Origin: Gammaproteobacteria bacterium
GTDB taxonomy: Bacteria; Pseudomonadota; Gammaproteobacteria; Eutrophobiales; Eutrophobiaceae
Assembly: GCA_963422205.2 (NCBI GenBank)
Contig: CAXMWX010000005.1
Location: forward strand, 416,001-480,000
Reading direction: 5' to 3'
DNA length: 64,000 nt
Below are positions 1 to 8,340 of this stretch, piece by piece (the first letter of the stretch is position 1; the number at the start of each line of letters is the position of its first letter). The position numbers and the translations under genes were made by a program. Below the pieces are notes generated by a model. It was given only the letters and a program-made list of their open reading frames with translations, was not told where the DNA came from and ran no database searches.

Positions 1-752
1 TCATCACTCGGCCGCCCCAGTTCCAGTTTTATTTCAAACCGTCTCCAACTGGCGCGGTCCAACAGTTCCGGATGGTTGGTCGCTGCAACCAAGACACAAT
101 AGGAAGGCAGGTCATCAAGCTGCAACAACAGTGTTGTGACGACCCGCTTAATCTCCCCGGTTTCGTGGGGGTCGCCACGTTCCTTGCCGATCGCATCAAA
201 CTCGTCAAAAAACAGCACAAAAGGTTCAGTTCGAACGAAATCGAAGAGTCGGCGAAGCCGTTGGGCGGTTTCTCCGAGGTAACTCGTAACGACTGCATCA
301 TAGCGGACGATAAAAAGCGGCAGGACCAACTCATAAGCAAGACTCTCAGCCAGAGATGTTTTGCCGTTGCCCGGCGGACCAACAAGCAACAAACGATGCC
401 GCGGCTCAAACCCATGAGTACGCAAAACATCAGCCCGGCGCTGTTCCTCAATCAATTCTTGTGCGGCTATCCGGTTGTATTTTTCGAGAAAGAACGTAGA
501 GAGCGGCCGGTCGGGATGTCGGCGCTGTATTCCACCCGACCCATCGCGCATGCGTAGACCGCCAGCAGCACGCGCCTGCACATTTCCCCCGTTCTTAGAG
601 GGCGCGGCAAGTGCTTTAGCGATGCGCTTGGCAACGCCTGTATGTTTCTTGGCACATTCATCGACCGCGATGGCCTCAGCGGTTACCCGAACAGAATCCT
701 GGTCGCCAGTCACACCAGCTCTCACAAGCTCAATAATAAGATCACTACGCAC
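1..752 (-). CDS. AAA+ ATPase, IetA-like (usually paired with an S8 subtilase); runs off the left edge of the window
   Basis: Absent from the ORF track because it has no stop in the window. Manual translation from GTG at 752 (RBS-like ACAGGGG) gives MRSDLIIELVRAG...HRLLLVGPPGNGKTSLAE (Walker A)...VTSYLGETAQRLRRLFDF...VLFFDEFDAIGKERGDPHETGEIKRVV (Walker B)...AATNHPELLDRASWRRF. Confidence 0.85.
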   Translation of the reverse strand, partial: MRSDLIIELVRAGVTGDQDSVRVTAEAIAVDECAKKHTGVAKRIAKALAAPSKNGGNVQARAAGGLRMRDGSGGIQRRHPDRPLSTFFLEKYNRIAAQELIEEQRRADVLRTHGFEPRHRLLLVGPPGNGKTSLAESLAYELVLPLFIVRYDAVVTSYLGETAQRLRRLFDFVRTEPFVLFFDEFDAIGKERGDPHETGEIKRVVTTLLLQLDDLPSYCVLVAATNHPELLDRASWRRFEIKLELGRPSD

Positions 753-1009
753 CGTGTTACCCCCTGTCGATTTAGATGCCCATTCTATTGTCACCTATTT
801 CCAAATTATAAGCTGATATGTAAAAATATCATCTGATTTCTAGATTTTCGCACTGATTTATCGAATAAGTCGGTGAATGTGAACTTTACTCTACTGTGCA
901 TTGGTGCGTTGAAGGAGTTGATAGCCTACCAGATAAATCCTTTGAAACAATCCATATTGGAAGCTGTTTAGCAAGCTATATTCATTTAATGGTAACGAAT
1001 GAGGTGAGA

Positions 1010-1980
1010 CTATCCCAGCCGTTCAGCGATCTCAGTTGGTGTCGGATTATAGTAAATCATCAACGAGCGGGGATCACGATGTCCCACCATCCTGGCTAAA
1101 TCCAGCACATCCAGCTTCCTTGCTAACCGGGTCAAGGCTTCATGCCGGCTGTCATGGAAGGTCAGATTCTCAATACCCGCCAACCTGACCGCTTTGCGAA
1201 AATAAATGGCCCCGCTTTCCTGGGGTACAGAGAACACATTGCCCGACTTTTTAGGCTGAAGTTCCTGTAGCAATGTAATCGCCTTGCTTGATTGGGGGGA
1301 CATGGCGGCTGCTGCCGTTCTTGGTGTCATGCAGGGTAAGGTAGCGGCCAGTAAAATCAATATCCGACCAGTCCAATCCCCATATCTCGCCTTGACGCAT
1401 GGCTGTCTCCAGGGCAAGCAAAAACGCATAACCGGTCTGCTTTCGGGCTGTCAGGCCGCCATCCTCATCAAAATATAACGCCTGTAGTAGCTTGTCGATC
1501 TCAACCTTGGATATGCGCCGCTCCTTGGGCGGCGTAGCCTTCGGGCGCTTGCATTCCTTACAGGGATTGACCTTACATCCATTTCCACTTGACACAGTGG
1601 GTGAAAATGGAAGACAAGAGATTCAAGTCACGGTTGATTGTGCTGGCCGAAGTCGTTTGTTCAGCAATCCATCGGTCAATATCCGCCGTGGTCAACTGCT
1701 CCAACATGACATCAGCCAAGGGGTCACGCCGGTGTTTGTTGATGCGTATCCTGTCCCAGCGTTCGCTTTTCCTACCCTTGGACACCTCAACTTCATACCG
1801 GTTAAGCGCATCTAAAAAAGTCTTGCCTTGAATGATACCCTGCTCATCGACAAGAGACTGCTCCGTCTCCATCGCCCAGTTCAGTGCAGTTACCTTGGTA
1901 GCAAAAGTTTTGGATTTGTAGAAGCCTTTTTTGCGAACTTCTGCAAACCAGCGTTTACCATACTTGCGGATACTAGCTAT
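1010..1980 (-). pseudogene. Phage-type tyrosine recombinase/integrase, frameshifted
   Basis: Three reading-frame pieces: (M)ASIRKYGKRWFAEVRKKG...STINRDLNLLS, then LALETAMRQGEI...TKNG, then TFHDSRHEALTRLA...MVGHRDPRSLMIYY. Frameshifts lie near 1575 and 1295, and the start position reads ATA after a GAGGT RBS. Confidence 0.88.
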
Positions 1981-1990
1981 GCCTACCTCG

Positions 1991-2030
1991 TTCGTAAATC
2001 TATTCGTAAAATATTCGTAAATTTTACGAA
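1991..2030. repeat. Three direct TTCGTAAA repeats plus one inverted copy; putative integrase arm-type sites
   Basis: ttcgtaaa occurs three times at about 12-bp spacing, followed by tttacgaa, between the integrase start and the tRNA 3' end. Confidence 0.5.
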
Positions 2031-2142
2031 AAAAGTACGTATTAGAGCAAGATTACGTGAAAACCAAGGAAGGCAAGACTGCTATAACAGTATGATAATG
2101 CGAAATAAATCCCGTTTAGGTACGGTTAGGTGAGACAGTGGT

Positions 2143-2218
<76 letters not shown>

Positions 2219-2452
2219 AAATGAATGACTTTCTTTTCTCCCAGTATGCTTTTGTTTTTCTGTCTTTTGCCCTGGCGGCCATCATATCAGTCGCTATCTT
2301 GCTCGCAGGGACCCCCGTAATATCGGCCACCTTCATACAGGTTTCCGGGTCGGATTGTGCTGCGTTTTTTCTGTACATGCAAGCTGTAGCGCCTGTTACT
2401 TTTAGTGCCCTGGTGCCCTCTGCATTTGTTGTTAGTTGTTTGATTTTCTTTC
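2219..2452 (-). pseudogene. Degenerate HTH repressor resembling filamentous-phage (DUF3693-like) repressors
   Basis: Frame reads KKIKQLTTNAEGTRALKVTGATACMYRKN...PETCMKVADITGVPASKIATDMMAARAKDRKTKAYWEK and then runs into the tRNA without a proper end. The resemblance is by eye only. Confidence 0.45.
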
Positions 2453-2531
2453 AGCTGCGTGTGTTTTTAACTGAATGCTTCCATGCTGACGATGATGTTA
2501 TTATCAGCCGGGCAGACCTTCTATATATACT

Positions 2532-2831
2532 GTGAGTTATGAGGCCATCGCTTTTGATACCTTGAAGTTTGTCCAACGACTGGCGCAGGCGGTCATGTTT
2601 GCAGAAGCACAAAAAGTGGTCCTTGCCGAGGCACTGGATGACCAGGTCGCCACCAGGGCAGATATTCATCGCCTGGAACACGGTCGGGATAAATTGAGAG
2701 CGGAATTGAAAACCGATATTCACGATCTAAGGGCCGAGCAACGCCTGATGGGGTGGATGTTAAGTGTCACTCCCCTGCTTTTCTTTGCCACACCCTCCAT
2801 GGTCGCCCCCATCGTGTTGCAGAGGCCATAG
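2532..2831 (+). CDS. DUF1640/CCDC90-like coiled-coil protein with C-terminal TM (possibly degenerate)
   Basis: AFDTLKFVQRL...AEAQ...VATRADIHRLE...LKTDIHDLRAE...WML followed by a hydrophobic tail. Confidence 0.65.
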   Translation: MSYEAIAFDTLKFVQRLAQAVMFAEAQKVVLAEALDDQVATRADIHRLEHGRDKLRAELKTDIHDLRAEQRLMGWMLSVTPLLFFATPSMVAPIVLQRP

Positions 2832-2975
2832 GGCGGTGCGGGTTACTGCGCCGCTTACCACCCAGTCGCCCTTTATATCCACCAGAATTTAGACTATAGT
2901 CCAAGCTGGAGCCAACATAACATACTCAACGCAACGAATGACCCCTAACCAATGACAAGAAACAGGAATAGTGCC

Positions 2976-3401
2976 ATGAAACATGCTCGTTCAAATACAG
3001 GTTTTACGCTGGTGGAACTGATGGTCGTGATCGCCATTTTAGGCATCATCATGGGCATCGCCATCCCCAGTTACTCCGGCTATGTGATCAAGGCCAAGCG
3101 CTCCGAGGGACGGCGTGCCCTTCTGGATGTCGCCGCCCAACTTGAGCGGTACTACTCCGACAACAATGTCTTCGCCACGGCGGCCAACACCCTGCCCGCG
3201 AGTATTCAAACCAAAATCGGTGGTGCAGCCTATTCTGAACTGTACACCATCACCGTAGCAACAGCCGATCCCTACCAAGCCTTTACTCTGACGGCGACCC
3301 CACAATTTGATGATGATGGCTGCGCTTGCTACACCTACACCCATGCTGGCGCTAAGGGGATCTGCCCCGGCTCAGAGAAGAGCCTTGATGCCTGCTGGTA
3401 A
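2976..3401 (+). CDS. pilE: Type IV minor pilin PilE
   Basis: Prepilin site G|FTLVELMVVIAILGI, then AIPSYSGYVIKAKRSEG...LERYYSDN and FTLTATP; ends ...CW. Confidence 0.9.
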   Translation: MKHARSNTGFTLVELMVVIAILGIIMGIAIPSYSGYVIKAKRSEGRRALLDVAAQLERYYSDNNVFATAANTLPASIQTKIGGAAYSELYTITVATADPYQAFTLTATPQFDDDGCACYTYTHAGAKGICPGSEKSLDACW

Positions 3402-3429
3402 CTGATGCCCCGCTGCTCTGAATATCACC

Positions 3430-4167
3430 ATGCTGGTTCGGGCTTGCTTCTCCTGCCTGCTCTGTTGCCTGCTGTTGTCAGGCTGCCTGAAAAAGCAGGA
3501 TCCCAACACCACCGATCAGACTAACAAGACACAACATGTCATCGTTGCTGATGGCCGCGCAATAAAATACCCCCTGCCAAGGCGGGAATACCGCTTGTTA
3601 TTCCGCAAAATGCTGGCTGGCGCGGCAACGCTGGCCGAGACCCGTACCGCTCTGACCGATCCGAACCTGCGTGCGCTCACCAATACCGTCAACGCCCTGT
3701 ATGCGATGGCCTGGCATCGTGGCGTGCTCTATCTCATGCGCGATATCTGGCAACTGAATAAAGAAAAATACCCGGAGTTGAACTGGGCGCTCCTGGAGCG
3801 ACCGCCAGTACGCCTGGCGTTGGCGAATGTGATCAACCGGCTGCAAACCGATGATCAAAACCCGCAGTTTCTGGACTACATCCGCCGCTTTCAGCAGGAT
3901 GCGAACGACTTCAACCGCGCGCAGGCCATCATCGCGCTGGGCTATCACGGCGATGTGGCCGATATTGATTACATCCGCTCCCATGTCGATAACAAGAACC
4001 CCTACCTCACGCAGACGGCGGTTACCGCGCTGGCGCTGATGCAAAACGAGCAGGCCCGGCAGGTGCTGCTGGCACTTGAGAAGGAATATACCGGCCAGCC
4101 ACTGGGCACCCTCATCCATGACATGCTGGAAGAAGCCTACGGACAGCCGCCAGCACCTCGCACCTGA
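3430..4167 (+). CDS. HEAT-repeat lipoprotein
   Basis: Lipobox LLSG|C and helical HEAT-like repeats (RAQAIIALG, TQTAVTALA). Confidence 0.65.
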   Translation: MLVRACFSCLLCCLLLSGCLKKQDPNTTDQTNKTQHVIVADGRAIKYPLPRREYRLLFRKMLAGAATLAETRTALTDPNLRALTNTVNALYAMAWHRGVLYLMRDIWQLNKEKYPELNWALLERPPVRLALANVINRLQTDDQNPQFLDYIRRFQQDANDFNRAQAIIALGYHGDVADIDYIRSHVDNKNPYLTQTAVTALALMQNEQARQVLLALEKEYTGQPLGTLIHDMLEEAYGQPPAPRT

Positions 4168-4395
4168 TCAGCCACGCCGGCCACGCTGCCTGTCGGTAAG
4201 CGCCAGCCCTGCCTTCAGGCAAACCCTCAAAATGCGATAACAAGACACGCCCATGAACACCGCCAGCAGCCGGTTTTGCCCTTAGCTTGCAGTGCAGGGG
4301 CGTCAATGCACACGCCCCTCGCCGATTTCAGCACAGCACAACGATGGCATGACCCCCGCACTCAGCCCACCCTAAAGTGCCCGCCACCCGTACCT

Positions 4396-4428
4396 GCCGC
4401 TTATCGGCCCCATGTCGCCGCTTGTCGG
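4396..4428 (+). promoter_or_regulatory. LytTR/AlgR-like direct repeat upstream of fimT
   Basis: GCCGCTTATCGG (4396) and GCCGCTTGTCGG (4417) are spaced 21 bp apart, about 100 bp upstream of the fimT start. Confidence 0.45.
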
Positions 4429-4531
4429 TAAACGCTGAACACGGCTTCATTTTCAGGCGAAATCAGCGCACAATCAGTAACGACTTGATTTTTAGCCTGT
4501 GCTTGCAGCACGTATGCTGTAAACTGCGCCC

Positions 4532-5083
4532 ATGAAGACAAACAACCGCGGTTTTACCCTGATTGAAATGATGGTGACCATCGTCATCGCCGGCATACTC
4601 ATGGCCATCGCCATCCCCAATTTCAGAGTAGCCCAGCGCAATAACTGCATGACCACCAGCGCCAACTTGCTGGTTGCCAGCCTGCAATATGCCCGCAGCG
4701 AGGCGATTAAACGCCGTCAGGATGTCATGGTCACGGCGGGGGCAGAGTTGGGCGTGCCGCCGGCCGACTCAGACAACGAATGGGGCGGCGGCTGGTATGT
4801 TTGGACTGAGGCCAGGCAGGCCGATAACACCCTGGCCAGCGATGGATATACGGCTGGCGATGAGTTACGCATCACCACGCCCAACTGTGCACCACAGATG
4901 GATCACCCAAGCGGTGGCAATGAGTTTACCTACAAGCCGAATGGCTTTGTGGGCGATGGCGCAGATGACGATATCGAAGTGTGCATGGACAAAACCGGTG
5001 AGCGTGGCCGGGTCTTGACCGTCAGCAGAACAGGACGGCCAAAGGTGGAAAGTGATAATGATATATGCGACCCCTCACCATGA
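4532..5083 (+). CDS. fimT: FimT/FimU (GspH-like) minor pilin
   Basis: RG|FTLIEMMVTIVI, SLQYARSEAIKR, WGGGWYVW and VSRTGRP. Confidence 0.88.
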   Translation: MKTNNRGFTLIEMMVTIVIAGILMAIAIPNFRVAQRNNCMTTSANLLVASLQYARSEAIKRRQDVMVTAGAELGVPPADSDNEWGGGWYVWTEARQADNTLASDGYTAGDELRITTPNCAPQMDHPSGGNEFTYKPNGFVGDGADDDIEVCMDKTGERGRVLTVSRTGRPKVESDNDICDPSP

Positions 5084-5553
5084 GCAAGCGTCCTGAACCA
5101 CTCGTCAATAGCAGCGGCTTCAGCCTCATTGAGGTGTTGATCACCCTGCTCATCCTGGCCATAGGATTGCTCGGCATCGCCGCCCTGCAATACCGTGGCC
5201 TGCAATACAGCCACGATGCCTATCTTCGCAGTCAGGTGAATATCCTGGCCTATGACATTGCGGATCGGATGCGGCTTAACCGCGCCAGTGCCCCGGCGTA
5301 TGCGACCGCGGTGACGAACTACGCCGTGCCGGTCAGCCGTCCGGGCGGCTGCACCTTGACCGGATCAGGCTCGGCCCAGGATGTGGACAATGATGTCACC
5401 TGCTGGCAGCAGCAACTGTATGACGCCCTGCCGCCGGGCAGCACGGCGAATATAGAGCGCACCGATGCGACCAGGGAGATTTATGAGGTCACGCTGGCCT
5501 GGACTGACCGCGATGGCACCCAGCACAATGTCGCCTATTCATTCGGGCCATAG
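5080..5553 (+). CDS. pilV: Type IV pilus modification protein PilV
   Basis: G|FSLIEVLITLLILAIGLLGIAALQ...AYLRSQ...LAYDIADRMRLN...LPPG; ATGA overlap with the fimT stop. Confidence 0.92.
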   Translation: MSKRPEPLVNSSGFSLIEVLITLLILAIGLLGIAALQYRGLQYSHDAYLRSQVNILAYDIADRMRLNRASAPAYATAVTNYAVPVSRPGGCTLTGSGSAQDVDNDVTCWQQQLYDALPPGSTANIERTDATREIYEVTLAWTDRDGTQHNVAYSFGP

Positions 5554-5574
5554 CACAGCACAAGAGAGATCATC

Positions 5575-5751
5575 ATGGCCGAGCAGAACGAGGCATTAAG
5601 CAGCGAGCGGATCCAGGCGGAGATAGCCAGGCTCATCGCCGAGACCAGCAAGATCAACTCAGAGAACAAATATTATCCCATCGTCATTACCGCATCGGCG
5701 ACCCTGGCGGTGGTTGGCACGGTGGCCGCCGCCGTTAAGTTTTGGCTGTGA
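5575..5751 (+). CDS. 58-aa coiled-coil/C-terminal-TM micro-protein (paralog 1 of 4)
   Basis: Below the ORF-track length cut-off. Manual translation: MAEQNEALSSERIQAEIARLIAETSKINSENKYYPIVITASATLAVVGTVAAAVKFWL, with a GAGAG RBS; clearly homologous to the ORFs at 7388, 7702 and 8036. Confidence 0.8.
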   Translation: MAEQNEALSSERIQAEIARLIAETSKINSENKYYPIVITASATLAVVGTVAAAVKFWL

Positions 5752-5765
5752 AGGAAGAGATCATA

Positions 5766-6860
5766 ATGCACAATACAAACCCACGCCCCAACCTCATGCG
5801 GGCCCGGCCCTTAACCCACCGTCGACATTCACACTGCCATAGACAAACCCAAGCCGGTTTCTCGATTGTGGAGTTGATGGTGGCGATGACCATCTCGATC
5901 ATCCTGCTCACCGGCACTGCCGGGCTGTTCATCAGTAACAAGCGCATCTATCGAGAGCAGGATGAATCGGCCATATTGCAGGAGAATGGCCGCTTCGCCA
6001 TGCAGGTGCTCTACGATAATATCCGCATGGCCGGCTACTTCGGCTGCTCCGATAATACGCTGAATATCAAGAATAACATCTCGTCCAACTTGTCCAACTA
6101 TAGCCAGCTGTATGATCTGCGCTATCCCGTTGAGGGCGTATCCAAGACCGGCAGCACGACCATAACATGGCAGCCCTCAGGCAGCGATCAGGCAATAGCC
6201 GACATCAAAAACGGCACCGATGCCATCACGGTGCGCTACTTCCGTGGTGCATCATACAGGTTGACAGAAGATATGCCCTACCAGGACGCCGCCATTAAGG
6301 TGGATCGCAATGCCACATTGGGCGCTCGCGAGGTGCTGGGCATTTCAAACTGCGCTGGTGGCGATGTCTTTATAAGCAGTGGTCAGGGGGCCAGCGGGCA
6401 GAGCAAAACCTTATCGCATGCCGCCGGCACAAACACCAGCAACAAGTTAAACCGCACTTACAACGAAGGTGCCGAGGTGGCCAGATTCATCAGTCGCCGC
6501 TTCTACATTGATGTTGATAATGATGGTGTGCCGTGGCTGGCCTACACTGGCACCGATGACAGTGATCTCTATGAGCAGGTCAAGCTGATTGACGGCGTGG
6601 AGGACATGCGGCTGCTCTATGGCGAGGATACCAACTCGGATCAGATCGCCGATGAGTTCAGGGCAGCTGGTGATGTGGCGAATTGGGAGAATGTCGTCAG
6701 CGTCAGGGGATCCCTGCTGCTGCGTACACCAGAAGAAAACCCGGATGTGGAGAACAACCAGACCTATCACCTGCTGGATAAAACCATCACGGCACCGGGC
6801 GATGGCTACCGCCGCCGTGTGTTCACCACCACCATCCTCATTCGTAACCGAGACACATAG
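5766..6860 (+). CDS. pilW: Type IV pilus assembly protein PilW
   Basis: AG|FSIVELMVAM, LQENGRFAM...IRMAGYFGC, LIDGVEDMRLLYGEDT, WENVVSVR..LLLR and RRVFTTTILIRN. Confidence 0.92.
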   Translation: MHNTNPRPNLMRARPLTHRRHSHCHRQTQAGFSIVELMVAMTISIILLTGTAGLFISNKRIYREQDESAILQENGRFAMQVLYDNIRMAGYFGCSDNTLNIKNNISSNLSNYSQLYDLRYPVEGVSKTGSTTITWQPSGSDQAIADIKNGTDAITVRYFRGASYRLTEDMPYQDAAIKVDRNATLGAREVLGISNCAGGDVFISSGQGASGQSKTLSHAAGTNTSNKLNRTYNEGAEVARFISRRFYIDVDNDGVPWLAYTGTDDSDLYEQVKLIDGVEDMRLLYGEDTNSDQIADEFRAAGDVANWENVVSVRGSLLLRTPEENPDVENNQTYHLLDKTITAPGDGYRRRVFTTTILIRNRDT

Positions 6861-6881
6861 CCACATCATGAGGCAAGCAAC

Positions 6882-7343
6882 ATGAACAGCACAGCAAGCA
6901 AGCAATTTCACCAACGATTTAACACGCAATCCGGGGCCGCCCTGGTGACCGCCCTGATGTTTCTGGTCATCCTCACCATGCTGGCCTTATCGTCCATGAC
7001 CAGCACCACACTGGATGAGAAGATGGCGGCCAATTCCGTTGAGATGAACCGCGTATTCCAGGCCGCCGAGACCGGCTTGAGCATGGCCATGAACGATGCC
7101 CGGTCCTTTATCACAGGCAATACCGAGACCAGCCCCCATGAAGTGGACAATATCGCCATCGGTGCCTTAACGATCGAGTATCGCTCGGTTTATCGCCAGC
7201 AGACCATCCCGCCCCGCCAGTCGGGTTTTGAGGCTGGCACGGCGGCGGCCTACCACTTTGATCTGAAATCAGAGGCCGCCAGCCCGGCCAGCGCCACCAC
7301 CACCTTGAATCAGGGCGCCTACCAGATCGGGCCTAAAGACTGA
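6882..7343 (+). CDS. pilX: Type IV pilus assembly protein PilX
   Basis: QSG|AALVTALMFLVILTML...DEKMAAN...FQAAETGL. Confidence 0.9.
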   Translation: MNSTASKQFHQRFNTQSGAALVTALMFLVILTMLALSSMTSTTLDEKMAANSVEMNRVFQAAETGLSMAMNDARSFITGNTETSPHEVDNIAIGALTIEYRSVYRQQTIPPRQSGFEAGTAAAYHFDLKSEAASPASATTTLNQGAYQIGPKD

Positions 7344-7387
7344 TTATCAGCCATGTAGACTGCAAGCCCCTGTGTGAGGATACAGTC

Positions 7388-7582
7388 ATGAGTGCAAACT
7401 TCGATCAAGATACCCAACTAACCCACGATAAGATTCAGGCCGAGATAGCGAAGATCTTTGTTGAGATAGAAAAGATGCGGGCAGAGACAACCAAAATCAA
7501 TTCAGAAAACCGCTACTACCCCATCATCATCACGGCAACCGCAATGCTGGCACTTGTGGCGGTGGTGAAGCTGTTTTTATAG
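7388..7582 (+). CDS. 64-aa coiled-coil/C-terminal-TM micro-protein (paralog 2)
   Basis: MSANFDQDTQLTHDKIQAEIAK...AETTKINSENRYYPIIITATAMLALVAVVKLFL; GAGGA RBS. Confidence 0.85.
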   Translation: MSANFDQDTQLTHDKIQAEIAKIFVEIEKMRAETTKINSENRYYPIIITATAMLALVAVVKLFL

Positions 7583-7701
7583 TGAGAGTTACCGAGAACA
7601 ACAGACACAATACGACATCATATTGATGAGACTTAAGATAAAACTGGAATAAAACTGATGCAGCCATTTAGAACGCAAGCCTTTGTGTTAAGGATACAGT
7701 C

Positions 7702-7917
7702 ATGAGCGCAAACTTTGATCAAGATACCCAACTAACCCACGATAAGATTCAGGCCGAGATAGCCAAGCTGATGGCAGAGACAGCCAAGATTAACGCTGAA
7801 TACCAAAGCTATCCTATTGTGATTGAAAAACTACGCAGGGAAACCGTGATGTATCCGTTTATTGTCGGTGCCTCGGTGACACTCGCCATTGTGGCGGTGG
7901 TGAAGCTGTTTTTATAG
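7702..7917 (+). CDS. 71-aa coiled-coil/C-terminal-TM micro-protein (paralog 3)
   Basis: MSANFDQDTQLTHDKIQAEIAKLMAETAKINAE...MYPFIVGASVTLAIVAVVKLFL; AAGGA RBS. Confidence 0.85.
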   Translation: MSANFDQDTQLTHDKIQAEIAKLMAETAKINAEYQSYPIVIEKLRRETVMYPFIVGASVTLAIVAVVKLFL

Positions 7918-8035
7918 CGGGTGTTACCGAGAACAACAGGCGCAATACGGCATCACATTGATGAGACTTAAGATAAAACTGGAATAAAACTGATAGGGCC
8001 ATTTAGAACGCAAGCCCTTGTGTGGAGATACAGTC

Positions 8036-8293
8036 ATGAGCGCAAACTTTGATCAGGATACGCAACTAACCCATGAAAAGATTCATGCGGAGATAGCCAG
8101 GCTGCTCGCCGAGATCAGCAAGATCAGCACGGAGAATAATAAAATCAGTGCTGAGACAATGCGGATCAATGCTGAAACCAGCAAGATCAGCGCTGAGATC
8201 AGAAAAATCGGCGCGGAAACCACCAGGATCAACATCATCATCACGGCAACGGCAACGCTGGCGATCGTCGGCATCGCCAAATTTTTTCTCTAA
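8036..8293 (+). CDS. 85-aa coiled-coil/C-terminal-TM micro-protein with expanded heptads (paralog 4)
   Basis: MSANFDQDTQLTHEKIHAEIARLL-AEISKIS-TENNKIS-AETMRIN-AETSKIS-AEIRKIG-AETTRIN-IIITATATLAIVGIAKFFL; GGAG RBS. Confidence 0.85.
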   Translation: MSANFDQDTQLTHEKIHAEIARLLAEISKISTENNKISAETMRINAETSKISAEIRKIGAETTRINIIITATATLAIVGIAKFFL

Positions 8294-8340
8294 TGGGCAT
8301 CTCAACCGTAAAATTTTTTGCAATCAACAGGACAATCACC

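Larger units (their letters stand above)
7362..8293 (+). repeat. Tandem triplication of a 313-335 bp unit (upstream region plus micro-ORF)
   Basis: Units start with GCAAGCC...GATACAGTCATGAG(T/C)GCAAACTT(C/T)GATCA at 7362, 7675 and 8010. The intergenic segments 7583-7701 and 7918-8035 are near-identical. Confidence 0.9.

Noticed and set aside
29-816. ORF-track entries 29..451, 72..557 and 475..816
   Set aside because: Off-frame or antisense shadows of the AAA+ ATPase running from 752 off the left edge.
7362-8293. Tandem units as a CRISPR array, integron cassettes or a DGR
   Set aside because: Units are over 300 bp and protein-coding; no recognisable attC structure, integron integrase or reverse transcriptase is in the window.
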